Source: Psammoneis japonica
Taxonomy: Eukaryota
Assembly (NCBI GenBank): GCA_008632985.1
Contig: QPGO01000075.1
Span: 250,517 to 314,516 of the forward strand
Direction: 5' to 3'
DNA length: 64,000 bases
Shown: positions 48,651 through 62,722 of the stretch, piece by piece
Layout: each line of letters opens with the position of its first letter
Position numbering within the stretch: the first letter of the stretch is position 1
Program-made: the position numbers and the translations under genes
The notes under the pieces: model-generated
Databases searched by the model: none
What the model saw: the letters and a program-made list of their open reading frames with translations, nothing else
What the model was told of the DNA's origin: nothing

Positions 48651-49683
48651 TATGATTTCAGTGGAAGAACACGAAGAGCTCATAAGTTTGGAGCGTAAGC
48701 GGTATGCGGAAATGCACAATCACTTGACGATGCGGGTGCACCAGCTTCATGCCGCTGTGGAGGAAGAAAAGAGGCGCAGCCAGAGCATATTGGAGAGTGA
48801 ACGCTCTCGAATGGAACTTGAATTTGAGATGCAACGACAAGACATAACAAGAAATTGGGAAGAAGAGCGAGAGAGTCTCTTGGCAGAAACTACGAGATTA
48901 GAAACAGAGTTGTCAAAGGAGCAAGCGAAACACAGAACATTCAAGGCGAGGCAGCAAAATACCAAGAAAAGAAAGCTAGCTCCACAACAGGAGCAAAATG
49001 CGCAAGAGGATACCGTGCCCAAAGTACCTACTGTAGCCTTGAATGCTCACGGGAAACTCAACAAGCACGATCTCAAGTGGAAGTCAAGTTTTGAACAATT
49101 GCAAGCGTTTCATGCAAAGCACGGACACAGCGACGTCCCCATGTACTTTCCAAAGGACAAACGAGACTCGGATGAATGGAGGCTATCAAGATGGGTCTGC
49201 GCCCAAAGAACTCAACACCGTAAGCTACGTGAAGGTAAGACGTGTTATATTACGCCGGAGCGCATTCAACTACTGAACGGCCTCGATTTCAAGTGGCAAA
49301 TCACCACAACCTCGACTGGAAAGCCTATGTCGGCAACTCGAGTGCCATGGAACAAACGAATGGAGCAATTGAAGGCCTATCGTATGAAGTACGGGAATGT
49401 TCATGTGCCACAGAGTTACAGCGAGAATGGATTGGGCGATTTTGTGATGAGGATGAGACGCGAATACACACTCGGGACGCTGCGGCAAGAGAGAATCGAC
49501 GAGCTCAACGCAATGAACTTTCGATGGAGAAAGGTGTACAATAACATCAATAAGGATGTTCCGTCTGAGTATAAGCAGCATCAACTAAAACAACAGCAGC
49601 AGCAGCAACAACAACAGAAACCAAGTGATGATGCTGTCGAATCGGTGGCCGAGAGCAATAAAGATGATTCTTCGTCCCAGTAG
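48651..49683 (+). CDS. Coiled-coil protein with two helicase-associated (HA) domains
   Basis: WKSSFEQLQAFHAKHGHSDVP..LSRWVCAQR..ITPERIQLLNGLDFKW and WNKRMEQLKAYRMKYGNVHVP..ERIDELNAMNFRW; poly-Q tail. First ATG at 48651. Confidence 0.88.
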
Positions 49684-49782
49684 AGTAAGTACTTGTAGGT
49701 GTCGCTAGCTAGCTACTAGAGAGGGACTGTCGAGGTCAAAAGATAGCCATACAGTCCGCTACTAGTAGACTAAGTTGTTTAT

Positions 49783-52700
49783 TTATAGAGCTACACAAGT
49801 CCCAGAAATCACTCCAGAGTTGATGTCGCAACAGGCAGTGTCGTTGCAGCAGACTTGGCAACAGCTACAATTGATTTCCGGCGGGTGCAGGCAGTCAGCA
49901 AACAATTGACTTGGGACGTTGCCGTCGCAAAAGGAGCTCAAATTACCGGTAATGTCATTCCCAAATAGCCAGAAAACATCTGCAGTGGTGGCATTGAAGG
50001 CATCCGGGGTGAGAGTGACGGAATCAGAATTGTGTTGAGCGCATGAAGAACATAATGTCCGAAACGTACCAAGCTGTGGGAGCAGAGCCAAGTTGGAAGG
50101 GACCGTGCTACTTAGTGAGTTATTATGGACCCAAAGCTCTTGTAAACTGGAGCAGCTAGCCAACTGCTTGGGCATGCTGTTAGTCAGATTGTTACCATCC
50201 AGATAGAGGAAAGCAAGATCTGTCAATCTGCCCAGCTCTGATGGAATGGCTCCAACTAGTCCGTTGTCCCTCAATATCAAACCTTTGAGGTTTGAATATT
50301 AACCCGTGGCTTCTGGGATGGTCCCAACAAGTCGGTTACTCCCCAATAAGACGTACTGTAATGCTTTTGAGGGTGTGTGAGAAAAGAAATCGTCCAGGTT
50401 TCCTGTAAGGCTGTTGTTGTTTGCGGAAAATACAAGTAACGAGTCTTGATCGGCAGAGAAACGAGGAAGAAATCCGCTCAATTGGTTGTCGTTCAGCATG
50501 ACCTTTTCCAAGGCCGGGCAGTTCTTCAGTTCTGGTATGGTTCCGATAAGCCGATTTTGATTAAGTTGGAAATTCTTGAGGTCGGCCATGAGGCCTATCT
50601 CCGAAGGAACGCTGCCGGTGACTAAATTATTGGACATCGTGAACTCAAGGAGTGCGGTGAAGTTGCCAATGGATGGTGGTATTCTTCCAGTGAGTCGTCG
50701 GTTGTCATCCAGATGAAGATATTGTAGTGTCGCCGATGGCAGCGATGTAATGAAACGCCCGATGTCTCCGGATAAGCTGTTGTTCCCAGCATCAAATCCC
50801 ATTAACTTTCCTGCGTTCGCGGAGAAGTCCGGAAGTGTTGAATTCAGAAAGTTGTCTTTCAAAACAACAGACCACAACGAAGGAAGATCTGCTATGGCCT
50901 GAGGTATGCTGCCCGCAATATTGTTTTTCGACAAGTCGAGAATTCTAAGGTTCGCGCAACGCCCGAGTTCAGTTGGTATCGCACCTGAGAATGAGTTGCC
51001 ACCAATCACTAAGGATGAAAGGTCTTTTAATCGACCGAGCTCTGTGGGCATAGTCCCGCTCATGAAACGATTATTCTCCGCCACCAAATAGATCAACTTC
51101 GTCAACTTTCCGATATCCGTAACGAGGGAGCCTGTCAGCGAATTTCCGTCCACGAACAAATGTGTCAAGTTGACACGCTCTCCAATTCCTCGAGGCAAGC
51201 TTCCGCTAAAAGCGTTATTCCCAAGACTAATACGCTCTAGAGAGTGTGGCGTAGCGAGAAGGAAGCGATCGAGTCGGCCCGACAAGGCGTTGTTACCTGC
51301 CCAGACATGTAACAAGTGCCCTTGATTAGCAGAAAAATCAGGGAGTGTGCCGTTTAAGTCATTGTTGTCAACAAGCAACGTCTCAAGAAAAGGCAAGTTG
51401 CCAATGTGTTGCGGGACCGTTCCCGTAAGCTTATTATCGCCCAAAAGGATAGAAGTGATGTTTGTCATTGCGGCGAGTTGAGTTGGTATACTCCCCGTAA
51501 GAGAATTTGCATCGGCTTTGAGAACCTCCAAGTCTGACAAAAGTCCAATTTCCGTTGGAATTGTCAATGTAAAATTATTAGCATTCACGTGCAGCATCTT
51601 GAGGTTTGTGAACTCTCCAATTGAGCTGGGGAGAATGCCAGTCAACATGTTCTCGGACAAAAGCAGGGTTCTCAGGGTGCGCGGCGCGGTAGCAAAAAAT
51701 CGCGTAACAGAGCCAGAAATGCGATTCGACTCTAGCCCGAGCTCTTCGAGACGGTCATGGTCGTTGGAAAAGACGGGTAGCGTTCCTGTGAATCTGTTGA
51801 ATCCAAGCGCCAGCCTAGCGAAATTCGGCATTTCGGTCAATGACAAGGCGAGATTCCCCTGCAAGTCGTTGCCTCGCAAATCCAAAACACGGAGATTAAA
51901 AGCCCGCGCCACAAGGGGTAGCATATTTGTGAGTGTATTGCCCGCAAGATGAAGTTCTTCAAGACTCGTCAAGCTAAAAAGGGAGCCAGGGAGATTGCCA
52001 CTCAATTTGCATAGCGTGCAATCGAAAGAAATTAGATTGGATAGTTTCTCAAAGTTGGAAGGAATGGCTCCCACGATCTCATTTCCGCCCAACCACAAGT
52101 GCGCAATATTGGACAGGGAGAAGATAGAGTCTGGAATCGTTCCTGTCAGTTGGTTGACATAGAAATCAACGTGCGCCAATTTCGACATGCCGCCAATGGA
52201 AGAAGGAATGGGTCCTTGTAGTGAATTGTTTCCCATGGCAATTGTCTCGAGCTCTTCCAAATGGATGATCTCCTCCTGAATCAATCCGGCTAAGTTGTTC
52301 GACTCTGTTGTGCAAGGATTACCGTATATAATGGACCAGATGAAAGTACAAAGATGCGAGTTAAGGTGTCGATTTCCAGATACCCCCCTCAAAGATTCAA
52401 GATGTGATTGTACTCACCGAGCTTGATTTTAGATATAAGTCCTTCATCATTACAAAATACACCATTGTCGGATCCAGCATTCCACTCGCACACACTAGAC
52501 CCGGACAGAAACGAAAATTGAGCATTCCATTTCTTTCCGCTTGTCATAAAATGCAATAGCGCAACAACATAGCGTTGCTGAATTTCGGCTGCTGCATGCG
52601 TGTTTGGATGAAGAGCGGCAGTGTCATTCCAAGCAAGCCACATGGCTGCTTCGTACTGTGGAGTTGAAGCATCCGAGAATGGTTTTTCTCCTGACACGGG

Positions 52701-53696
52701 TGACAAAACTTGCACAAACTCTTCCGGGACGGTAAGAGGCTGATCCGGATCCGGCTTGATGAGAGTCAGAGTCAAAACCAAAACAATTCCAATAAGGAGA
52801 AGGGCAATGCCTGAGACAACAATCATTAGCTTTCTGTTTTTGAGCGAAAAGAACTTGTCGGGTGGCATGATATCGGCTACCGGGGCTTCTTCAATCATTT
52901 GATTCCATGCTTCTTCTTTCACATCGCTTTCGCTCCGAGCCACCTTGGAAGCATAGACTTGGGTTTCCTGTGACTCTTCATCTACTTGGAGCATGGGCGC
53001 CCTTGCACTGTCTTCAACTCCAACGTCTTGGACGTCCATGGCAATATCATCCTCGGCACGTGCGTCGATGCCTCCAAACCCTTCCACTCGAAAGGCTCCG
53101 GGTTGATCTTGTCGTTCTTCCCTAGAGAGCAACGTTGTTTCTCCCGGATTTCCTTCATCCTCTTCTGGAACACTGGCTAGCCTCGCCGCTTCTGCCTTGG
53201 CGAAATTCTTGCTGTTCTTCCAGCGTGTTCTCGCGTCTGGCTCATCGATAACAATCGGATAGCACTTCTTCTTATTGTTTGGTCCAGAAGCTGCTAGTTT
53301 CTTTTCCTCGATGTGCTTTTCGTTCTTGTATGGCGACTGCGTAGACAGCAGAATCTCATCAGATGGAAAATCCCTTTCATTTTCCTCCATGTGCTGCTCC
53401 TTCTTTCGATGCGAGGATAGCGGAATCTCGTGCACGGCACATTTCTCACCGTACTTGTGTGTCGATGCCTTTTTCTTTTCCAAAAGCATATCGTCGTCCT
53501 CGTCAGTAGAGCAAGAATACCTTGTTTCCGGAAGCTCTTGCGCAAAGTCTTGGTCCGTGGAAGAGTGTCGCTTGGGCATGACTACTGGAGCTATCGGTTC
53601 CGTGTCCTCTCTCTGAGGTCGGCCCACCGTTGGTCGCCTTGCGACATGATGATTATGATTCGCAACTCGGGCTTGACTTGTGTTTTCGCTATTCAT
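49783..53696 (-). pseudogene. Type-II membrane LRR receptor-like protein, copy 1 (exons 53696-52418, 52304-50070, 49979-49783) with premature TAA at 50301-50299
   Basis: Disordered N-terminus with PGAFRV, TM helix, PQYEAAMWL/QRYVVALLHF/CEW cap, about 30 plant-type LRRs, C-terminal ADC..CSCC..CC. In-frame TAA where the paralog has AAA (Lys). Confidence 0.82.
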
Positions 53697-54199
53697 GATG
53701 GTCTTGTAGAATCAGAAGTGACTTATTGAAAGATTTTCAAATACTGTATGCTCTTTATGCGGGTTTGCCTCGTGATGGACGAGTTCGGGTTGCAGATTGG
53801 AGCGGTGTTCGGGAATTGGTGTCGCGCTTCCATCGCATCATCTTTCATGGTCACGTTTCTCATACTTCTGATTCTCATGGAAGCAAACAAGTCCCAAAAT
53901 GGCCGAGGGGGTGCATAAACCAAGCCAAGACATGATGATTCTTCACAAAAAAGTACAAAGTTAAAAAAAGATGACAACGGCGATGGCATCATGCCTCGTT
54001 TGCATTTATCATGTGCCAGCGACGCACGATGCACGATCGGCGATGGATGTCAGTCGTGACTCGTGACTAAGAGCAAATAAATAAAATCTGAGCCACGAGT
54101 GACGTCACCGAAATGATGTTTCCGCGCGCGCGCATGCTTGTCCGTCTGGACCGTCCGCTTCCCCCTCATTTCCCGTTCACCGTGAAAAAAACATCTGAA

Positions 54200-57100
54200 C
54201 CTGTGCCCTCCGGTGCTCTATCTGGCCCCCCCAGCTCAAGGTGCGCGCAGATCGTCTTCGACTGGGTTCGCAGTGCCGCAGAGCATTGTGGAAGTTGGTT
54301 GGACGTTCCACGGATGGTCGCGACTTGTGGTCGTTCGTGAGGGCAGATGTCTGTGTGTGTCCGTCCGTGCATGCGGTGTGCTTTTGCAGAGAGCAGAAAT
54401 GAGTCACTTGGGAAATGTGCAGCAATGTGGCAGTTGGACAAACACGTGATGACACCGCCACCCACCTGCTGTTGCACGTTGTCAAGGAATGTTTTTTGCT
54501 TGCACCTGGAGCTTGGGCGGTCATTTCATTGGCGACACTTCATGTGTCTCAGCATTTTGTTTGGCAACATCAGAGCTGCTTTTTTTTGCAACGGAGCAGC
54601 ACAAGCTCTTGTCATTTTTGCCCTGCGCACTTTTGTTTTTGCCCACCATTCTCATTTTGGAGAGGTGCCACCCGGCCTGCACACGGCGGACATTTTCAAT
54701 CACGTGATGAGCGCAGCAAAAAACAGATGGCGCAGCAAATTGTGTCATTGGCTCAGCGCTGGTGAGCTGCCGTTTGTTGATGGACAATGCAAGGAGGTGG
54801 TGTGACTTCCCGCGGAGGTCAGCTGGGATTCAGCTTTGTTTTGGGTGCACTTTGCAGCTCCCATTTGATGGACATGAGCAACACCTCAACCAGCAGCTTT
54901 GTTGATGTCAGTGGAGGGAAAGGTCATCCTGCTGTCATCATGCACAGATTGACTTGTTGTCCCAAAGAAAAACCGTTTGGCGCATTGAGCCGTCCCCTGA
55001 GTGCACGAGGAAGGAAGAAATTGGGCAAAGAAAATGCAACAACATGTCCATTGTCAGTTTCTGCTCAAACATTGAAGATTGCGGTGAGCCGCAAAGTTGG
55101 AGAACAGCAAAAAGAGCTGCCAAAAAGGAGGGGGTGGTGGCACCACAAAGCTGCTGCACTGGAGAGCAAGAAGCAGAGTCAACAAAAAAAGAGCAAAGCC
55201 AACAAAAGTGGGAAGGTCAAGAGCTTTTAACATCTGCTTTGAAGGCTTGCAAAGTCATTGGGTTCTGTGATGAAGTTGCGTCCATTGAAATCTTTGGTTG
55301 AGGAGAGTTGTCATTGTCTCAAAGGTTGTGAGAAAAACAGCTGTGATTGCACTGTGCTTCATGTCTGACAGACTCACATGGTGTTTCAGATTTCATTCAA
55401 CAGGTCATCTGAGCTCAACAAGCACACATTGCAGGCACATGTGCCAGCAGAGACTGGCATGATTTGAGGGATTCAGTCACACTCTTCTTTGCAAAGGGAG
55501 GAAGCACGGCAATGTTCCCTCAATTTTGTGGTGGCAGAATTGGAAGGAGGTGAAAGAGTGATCTTGGGTGAGAACAGCGTGTCCACTCAGTTGGCTGTGT
55601 TGTGTGGAATTGCATGAAGACCAGCTTGCAATGTTGTGCAAAGCTGCAAGTGTGCACATTGACAGCGTGCGGCAACTCTGCCATGTGCAAACATTTTGAA
55701 GCTTCTTGCTGCTGGCAGCACACCCACTGTGGTTTTTGGTCATGATCATCTTTGGAGTGGGCACCCCAAAGGGGACCCCGCACCACTCTGAAGCTTGCTT
55801 GGTGCACAACATCCAAAGTGTTTGTTTTTGGTTCAGTGCACAGTGCAGTGAGTTCATTTCTGGAGTGCAGCCCAGCACTGCTCTCAAAATGTTGGGCCAC
55901 TGTGGTTTGAAAAAATGTCGAGCAACCTTGGGGTTTTGTTGTGCCCAATTTGGACCTGTGTTGGTGTGGCTTTTTCTGACAATCAAAGACAAGTGAGGCA
56001 GAGTGATGAAAGAATCACCAACCAATCTCAAGCTGAGCAAATTGCCAGCTCTGTTGAGGTGAAGACCTGGTCCAGCACAACCATTTTGGCCTTGTTTTTG
56101 TCACAGATTTCTCTTGCTTTTGAACCCACAGGAGTTGGGTTTTCATGATCATGTTCATTTGGAGCATTGCAAAGGAGCACATGGCCCTCCTTTTTTGAGA
56201 GTCAGTGTGGTTGTCCCAACACAGCATGGCTTGTTTGGGCATCAACCTTCATTGTTTGTTTGAATGGCTTGTTTTTGGTGATGGGTTGGTGTTTGGTGTG
56301 CCCACAATCCTCGTCAAAGCAGCTGGGATGAGCCTTGCTTTAACAAAGCTTTCTTTTCTGCCAATGGTCTGGTGTTTCTGCAAAGTGTGTCTTGATGCCA
56401 GAACAGAAGGCTTCAACATGTGGATCTCTTTTTTGCCTCCTGCAGAAAAGTTGATGAAGGCAAATCGAGTGCCACGTGTTGTTGTGCTTTTTGCCCTGTT
56501 GGCTTTTTGGGAGGGCACTTGGTGGGTGGCGTCACTTCAGCAGGCACATCTTTGCATCATGTGGTTTTGTTCCACCGCTTGGTCCTCCATTTTTTTGTTT
56601 TTTGTTTTGTTGCTTGTTCTGTGACCTCTTTTTTCTCTCAAATCATTTTTTCCATGACCAAATTGTGAGGTTGCTGGTTTGCACACTTTTGATTCAATGT
56701 TTGTTGCAGGAGAACAACAGAGCCTGCATTTTTGCTTTTGGTTTGGCACAGTCATCTCTGTTTCTTGGTTGAGAAGCAATGAGGAGAAACAAATTTGGTG
56801 CTTTGACAGCTTTGTGAGTCAACACTTTGAGCTGTCAAGTGGCTCATCAAACAAGCACATTGATGAGTTTGGAACAATTTTGCCAAAGTGCCTAGATTGC
56901 AAATTTCTCAAGAAGACCACTCAAGACAAATCAGCAAAGAACCAAACTTCCCTTCTCACAGCATGCAAAGTCATCCATGATGGCAGACATTGAGCTCACA
57001 CACTTGGCGTGCCAGCTCTTGTTGACCCGCCAACTCAACAATGTCGTTGCAAGTTTTGCTGTCTGCAGGAACTTTTGTCAAGTTGTTTTCTCACAAAGTG

Positions 57101-58310
57101 TGTGAAGCATGGAGTCCTCAAGAAGAGAGTCAGAGCTGGAAAATGTGGGTGGCAGCTGTTGTGGTTGTTTTGCTCAACAATGCCGGGATTGTCAAAGTCA
57201 CAGAGTGCATGGAGCCTTTGTGAAGAAAGTTAAAGCTGGAAAATGTGGTGGCTGTTGTGGCTGTTTTGCCCAACATCAAGCATCCCATGGAAAAAGCAGC
57301 ACATTGGGAGCAGCACTTGAAAATGGCAACTTCATTCAGCCAGGGATGTTGGTCAATGCAAAGTGTCAGAAGTTGGCATCTGCTGCTCCTTGTGATCACC
57401 TGCTCCATTTTGTGGGTTTGGCTCATCCAGGTGCACTTAAAACACAGCAAGGTGAGCCCAAGCAGAAAGCCATGGACTTGCAAGATTGGTCTGTGGCATC
57501 AGAGTCAGGCCCATGTTTTTAACCCCCAAGCTGGTGAACATGCATGCCAGCCCAAAGTTGGGACAAGCATGTCAACATTGGAGCCAACCACACGTTGATG
57601 CCAGCAAGTTTGGGTTTTGGTCCAGGACATTGAGCCTTGCCTCCATTTTCATGATTTTGTGAAGACTTCTCTGACAAAGTCTTTTTGCATGCATGGCCAA
57701 TCCATCAACATGGCCAACAGGTGAGGGTTTGTTGCATTGTTTTGTGTTGTGACAGGTCCAAAGTTGGAAGCAAAGCTGTGAGCTGCAAAAGCGAGCACAC
57801 AAAATGAAGGTGTGTTTTTCACCTGCATTCCAAGTTTTGCTGTGGAGGTGAGTGATGTTCCCAAATGTCTTTGTGCCAGGAGCTTTGTCAACATGGGAAT
57901 GCAGTTGTCTTGAACAGCCAAGCACTTCTTCACAGAATCCAACAGGTCTGCAGTTCACAGCTGGGGTGAGACATTGCTTGTTGGCTGAAGGTCTGAAATC
58001 TAAGGAAGTGTCTGGAGCCTTGTGCCATGCATCAGCAGTGGTTGGGCAGTTGTCAGCTGGTGTGGCCAAAGGAGGCAAAACACAGGATGTCTCTTTTGTG
58101 GAAGGAGACAGGCAGAAGCCACCAAGGAAGAAAACAATCACTTGCCCTCTTGAGGCAACAAGGATTTTTTTCAAAAAGCAAGACAAACCTTGCTTCTGCT
58201 GCTCTCAAAGTTGTGTCTAAAGCCCCTGCTGTGAGAACCCAGCCAAGCAAGACAGCTGGAAAAGCCACTTTGAAAAAGGTCAACAACCACAAAGCTGGAG
58301 ACTTTCGCGG
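54200..58310. mobile_element. Hypermutated domain IV: ~4.1-kb decayed TE-like block between the two duplicated units
   Basis: TA nearly absent; CG falls away after ~55100; no counterpart after the second LRR unit; sharp right junction into the HA gene copy. No transposase motif identified. Confidence 0.55.
57120..57280. repeat. Two imperfect direct copies (~100-bp period)
   Basis: agctggaaaatgtgg..gctgttgtgg[t/c]tgttttgc[t/c]caaca occurs twice. Confidence 0.65.
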
Positions 58311-58742
58311 TGGGTATGCTCCCAAAGGACTCAGCACCGTAAGCTACGTGAAGGTAAGACGTGTTATATTACGCCGGAGCGCATTCAACTACTGAACGGC
58401 CTCGATTTCAAGTGGCAAATCACCACAACCTCGACTGGAAAGCCCATGTCGGCAACTCGAGTGCCATGGAACAAACGAATGGAGCAATTGAAGGCCTATC
58501 GTATGAAGTACGGGAATGTTCATGTGCCACAGAGTTACAGCGAGAATGGATTGGGCGATTTTGTGATGAGGATGAGACGCGAATACACACTTGGGACGCT
58601 GCGGCAAGAGAGAATCGACGAGCTCAACACAATGAATTTTCGATGGAGAAAGGTGTACAATAACATCAATAAGGATGTTCCGTCTGAGTATAAGCAGCAT
58701 CAACTAAAACAACAGCAGCAGCTTGTAGGTGACGCTAGCTAG
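58311..58742 (+). pseudogene. 5'-truncated copy of the HA-domain gene
   Basis: Starts mid first HA domain; ~90-bp deletion removes the original C-terminus and stop. Confidence 0.85.
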
Positions 58743-58812
58743 CTACTAGAGAGGGACTGTCGAGGTCAAAAGATAGCCATACAGTCCGCTACTAGCAGAC
58801 TAAGTTGTTTAT

Positions 58813-61800
58813 TTATAGAGCTACACAAGTCCCAGAAATCACTCCAGAGTTCATGTCGCAACAGGCAGTGTCGTTGCAGCAGACTTGGCAACAGCTACAA
58901 TTGATTTCCGGCGGGTGCAGGCAGTCTGCAATCAAATGACTTGGGACATTGCCGTCGCAAAAGGAGCTCAAATTACCGGTAATATTATTCCCAAATAGCC
59001 AGAAATCATCTGCAGTGGTGGCATTGAAGGCATCCGGGGTGAGAGTGACGAAATCAGAATAGTGTTGAGGCAAGAAGAACATATTATCCGAAACGTACCA
59101 AGCTGTGGGAGCAGAGCCAAGTTGGTAGGGATCGTGCCAGTAAGTGAATTATTATGGACCCAAAGCTTTTGTAAACTCGAGCAGCTAGCCAACTCCTTCG
59201 GCATGCTGTTAGCCAGATTGTTATTATCCAGATAGAGGAAATCAAGATCAGTCAATCTGCCCAGCTCTGATGGAATGCCTCCAACTAGTTCATTGTCCCT
59301 CAACATCAAGCCCTTGAGGTTTGAATATTTGCCAATGGCTTTTGGGATGGTCCCAACAAGTCGGTTGGTCCCCAAAAAGACGTACTGTAGTGCTTTTGAG
59401 GGCGTTTGAGAAAAGAAATCATCCAGGTTCCCTGAAAGGCTATTGTTGCCTGCGGAAAATCCAAGTAACGAGTCTTGATCGGCAGAGAAACGAGGAAGCG
59501 GCCCACTCAATTGGTTGTGGTTCAGCAGGACCATTTCCAGGGCCGGGCAGTTCTTCAGCTCTGGTATGGTCCCGACAAGCTGATTTTGATCAAGTTCGAA
59601 ATTCTTGAGGTCGGCCATGAGGCCTATCTCCGAAGGAACGCTGCCGCTGACTAAGTTTCTGGACATTGTGAACTTGAGGAGTGCGGTGAAGTTGCCAATG
59701 GACGGTGGTATGCTTCCAGTGACTCGTCGGTTGTCATCCAGCTGTAGATATCGTAGTGTCGCCGATGGAAGCGATGTAATGAAGCGCTCGATGTCCCCAT
59801 TTAAACTATTGTTCCTAGCATCAAATCCGATTAACCCTTCGTTAGCGGAGAAGTCCGGAAGAGTTGAATTCAGAAAGTTGTCTTTCAAAACCACAGACCA
59901 CAACAACGGAAGATCTGCAATGGCCTGAGGTATGCTCCCCACAATATTGTTTTTCGACAAGTCAAGAATTTTGAGGTTCGCGCAACGCCCGAGTTCCGTC
60001 GGTATCGCACCTGAGAATGAGTTGCCACCAATCACTAAGAATGAAAGGTCCTTCAATCGACCTAGCTCAGTGGGCACAGTCCCGGTCATGAATTGGTTAT
60101 TCTCCACCACCAAATAGATCAACTTCGTCAACTTCCCGATATCCGTAACGAGGGAGCCTGTCAGCGAATTTTCGCCCAAGTACAAATGTGTCAAGTTGAC
60201 ACAATCTCCAATTGCTCGAGGCAAGTTTCCACTAAAAGAGTTATTCCCAAGATTGATGCGCTCTATAGAGTCTGGGGCAGCGAAAAGGAAGCGATCGAGT
60301 CGGCCCGACAAGGCGTTGTTGTTTGCCCAAACTTGTTTCAAGTGCCCTTGGTTAGCTGAAAAATCAGGGAGTGTGCCGTTTATGCCGTTGTTGTCAACAA
60401 ACAACGTCTCAAGGAAAGGCAAGTTGCCAACGTGTTGCGAGATAGTTCCCGTAAGTTTATTATCGGATAAAAGGATCGAAGTGACGTTTGTAAGGGCCCC
60501 GAGTTGAGTCGGTATACTCCCCGCAAGAGAATTTGCATCGGCTTTGAGAACCTCCAAGTCTGACAAAAGTCCAATTTCCGTTGGAATTGTCGATGTAAAA
60601 TTGTTTGCGTTTACGTGGAGGATCTTGAGGTTAGTGAACTCTCCAATTGAGCTGGGGAGAATGCCAGTCAACATGTTCTCAGACAAAAGCAGGGCTCTCA
60701 GGGTGCGCGGCGCGTTAGCAAAGAATCGTGTAGCAGAGCCAGAAATACGATTCGCCTCCAGCCCGAACTCTTCGAGGCGGTCATGATCGTTGGAAAAGAC
60801 AGGTAGCGTTCCTGTGAATCTGTTGAATCCAAGCGCCAGCTTAGCGAAATTCGGCATTTCAGTCAAGGGCAAGGCGAGATTGCCCTGCAAGTCGTTGTTT
60901 CGCAGATCCAAAACGCGGAGATTAAAAGCCAACGACACCATGGGTAGCATGCTTGTGAGTGCATTGCCCGCAAGATGAAGTTCTTCAAGACTCGTCAAGC
61001 TAAAAATAGAGTCAGGGAGATTGCCGCTCAATTTGCATTGCGTGCAATCGAAAGAAACTAGATGGGATAGTTTCTCAAACTTGGGTGGAATGGTTCCCAC
61101 GATCTCATTCCCGCCCAACCACAACTGCGCAACATTGGACAGGGATTCGATAGAATCTGGAATCGTTCCTGTCAGTTGGTTGATGTAAAAATCAACGTGC
61201 GCCAATTTAGACATGCCGCCAATGGAAGGAGGAATGGGTCCTTGGAGTGAATTGTTTCCAATGGCTATTGTCTCGAGCTCTTCCAAATGGACGATCTCCT
61301 CTTGCAGCACTCCGGCTAAGTTGTTCGACTCTGTCGTCCAAGGATTAAAAATGATACCGTAGCCGATACGCAGGTTTACAGATTAAGTTGAGGTGTCGAT
61401 TTCTAGATAACCCCATCAAAAATTCAAGAGTGATTGTACTCACCGAGCTTGATTTTAGATACAAGTCCTTCATCATTACAAAATACACCATTGTCGGATC
61501 CATCATTCCACTCGCAAACACTAGACCCGGACAGAAACGAAAATTGATCATTCCAGTTCTTTCCGTTTGTCATAAAATGCAATAGCGCAACAACATAGCG
61601 TTGCTGGATTTCGGCTGCTGCATGCGTGTTTGGATGAAGAGCGGCGGTGTCGTTCCAAGTAAGCCACATGGCTGATTCGTACTGTGGAGTTGAAGCATCC
61701 GAGAATGGTTCTTCTCCTGACACGGGTGACAGAACTTGCACGAACTCATCCGGAAGGGAAAGAGGCTGATCCGGATCCGGCTTGATGAGAGTCAGAGTCA

Positions 61801-62722
61801 AAACCATAACGATTCCAATAACGAGAAGGGCAATGCCTGAGACCACAATCATTAGCTTTCTGTTTTTGATCGAGCAGAACTTGTCGGGTGGCATGATATC
61901 GGCTACCGGGGCTTCTTCAATCACGCGATTCTTTTCTTCTTCTCGCACATCGCTTTCGCTCCGAGCCACCTTGGCTGCAATGACAAGGGTTTCCTGTGAC
62001 TCTTCATCTACTTGGAGCATGGGCGCCCTTGCGCGGTCTTCAACTCCAACGTCTTGGACGTCCATGGCAATATCATCCTCGGCACGTGCCTCGACGCCTC
62101 CAAACCCTTCCACTCGAAAGGCTCCGGGTTGATCTTGTTGTTCTTCCCTAGAGAGCAACGTTGTTTCTCCCGGTCTTCCTTCATCCTCTTCTGGAACACT
62201 GGCTAGCCTCGCCGCTTCTGCCTCGGCGAAATTCTTGCTGTTCTTCCAGCGTGTTCTCGCGTCTGGCTCATCGATAACAATCGGATAGCACTTCTTCTTA
62301 TTGTTTGGTCCAGAAGCTGCTAGTTTCTTTTCCTCGATGTGCTTTTCGTTCTTGTATGGCGACTGCGTAGAAAGCAGAATCTCATCAGATGGAAAATCTT
62401 TTTCATTTTCCTCCATGTGCTGCTCCTTCTTTCGATACGAGGACAGCGGAATCTCGTGAACGGAACATTTCTCACCGTACTTGTGTGTTGATGCCTTTTT
62501 CTTTTCCAAAAGTATATCGTCGTCCTCGTCAGTAGAGCAAGAATACCTTGTTTCCGGAAGCTCTTGCGCAAAGTCTTGGTCCGTGGAAGAGTGTCGCTTG
62601 GGCATGACTACTGGAGCTATCGGTTCCGTGTCCTCTCTCTGGGGTCGGCCCACCGTTGGTCGCCTTGCGACATGATGATTATGATTCGCAACTTGGGCTT
62701 GACTTGTGTTTTCGCTATTCAT
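58813..62722 (-). CDS. Type-II membrane LRR receptor-like protein, copy 2, intact (exons 62722-61444, 61330-59099, 59009-58813)
   Basis: Same architecture and intron positions as copy 1; open through KAIGKYSNLKG to the Cys-rich C-terminus. Confidence 0.9.

Noticed and set aside
54190..58310. Terminal inverted repeats, LTRs or a transposase for domain IV
   Set aside because: No matching termini or catalytic motif found by eye; family left unassigned.
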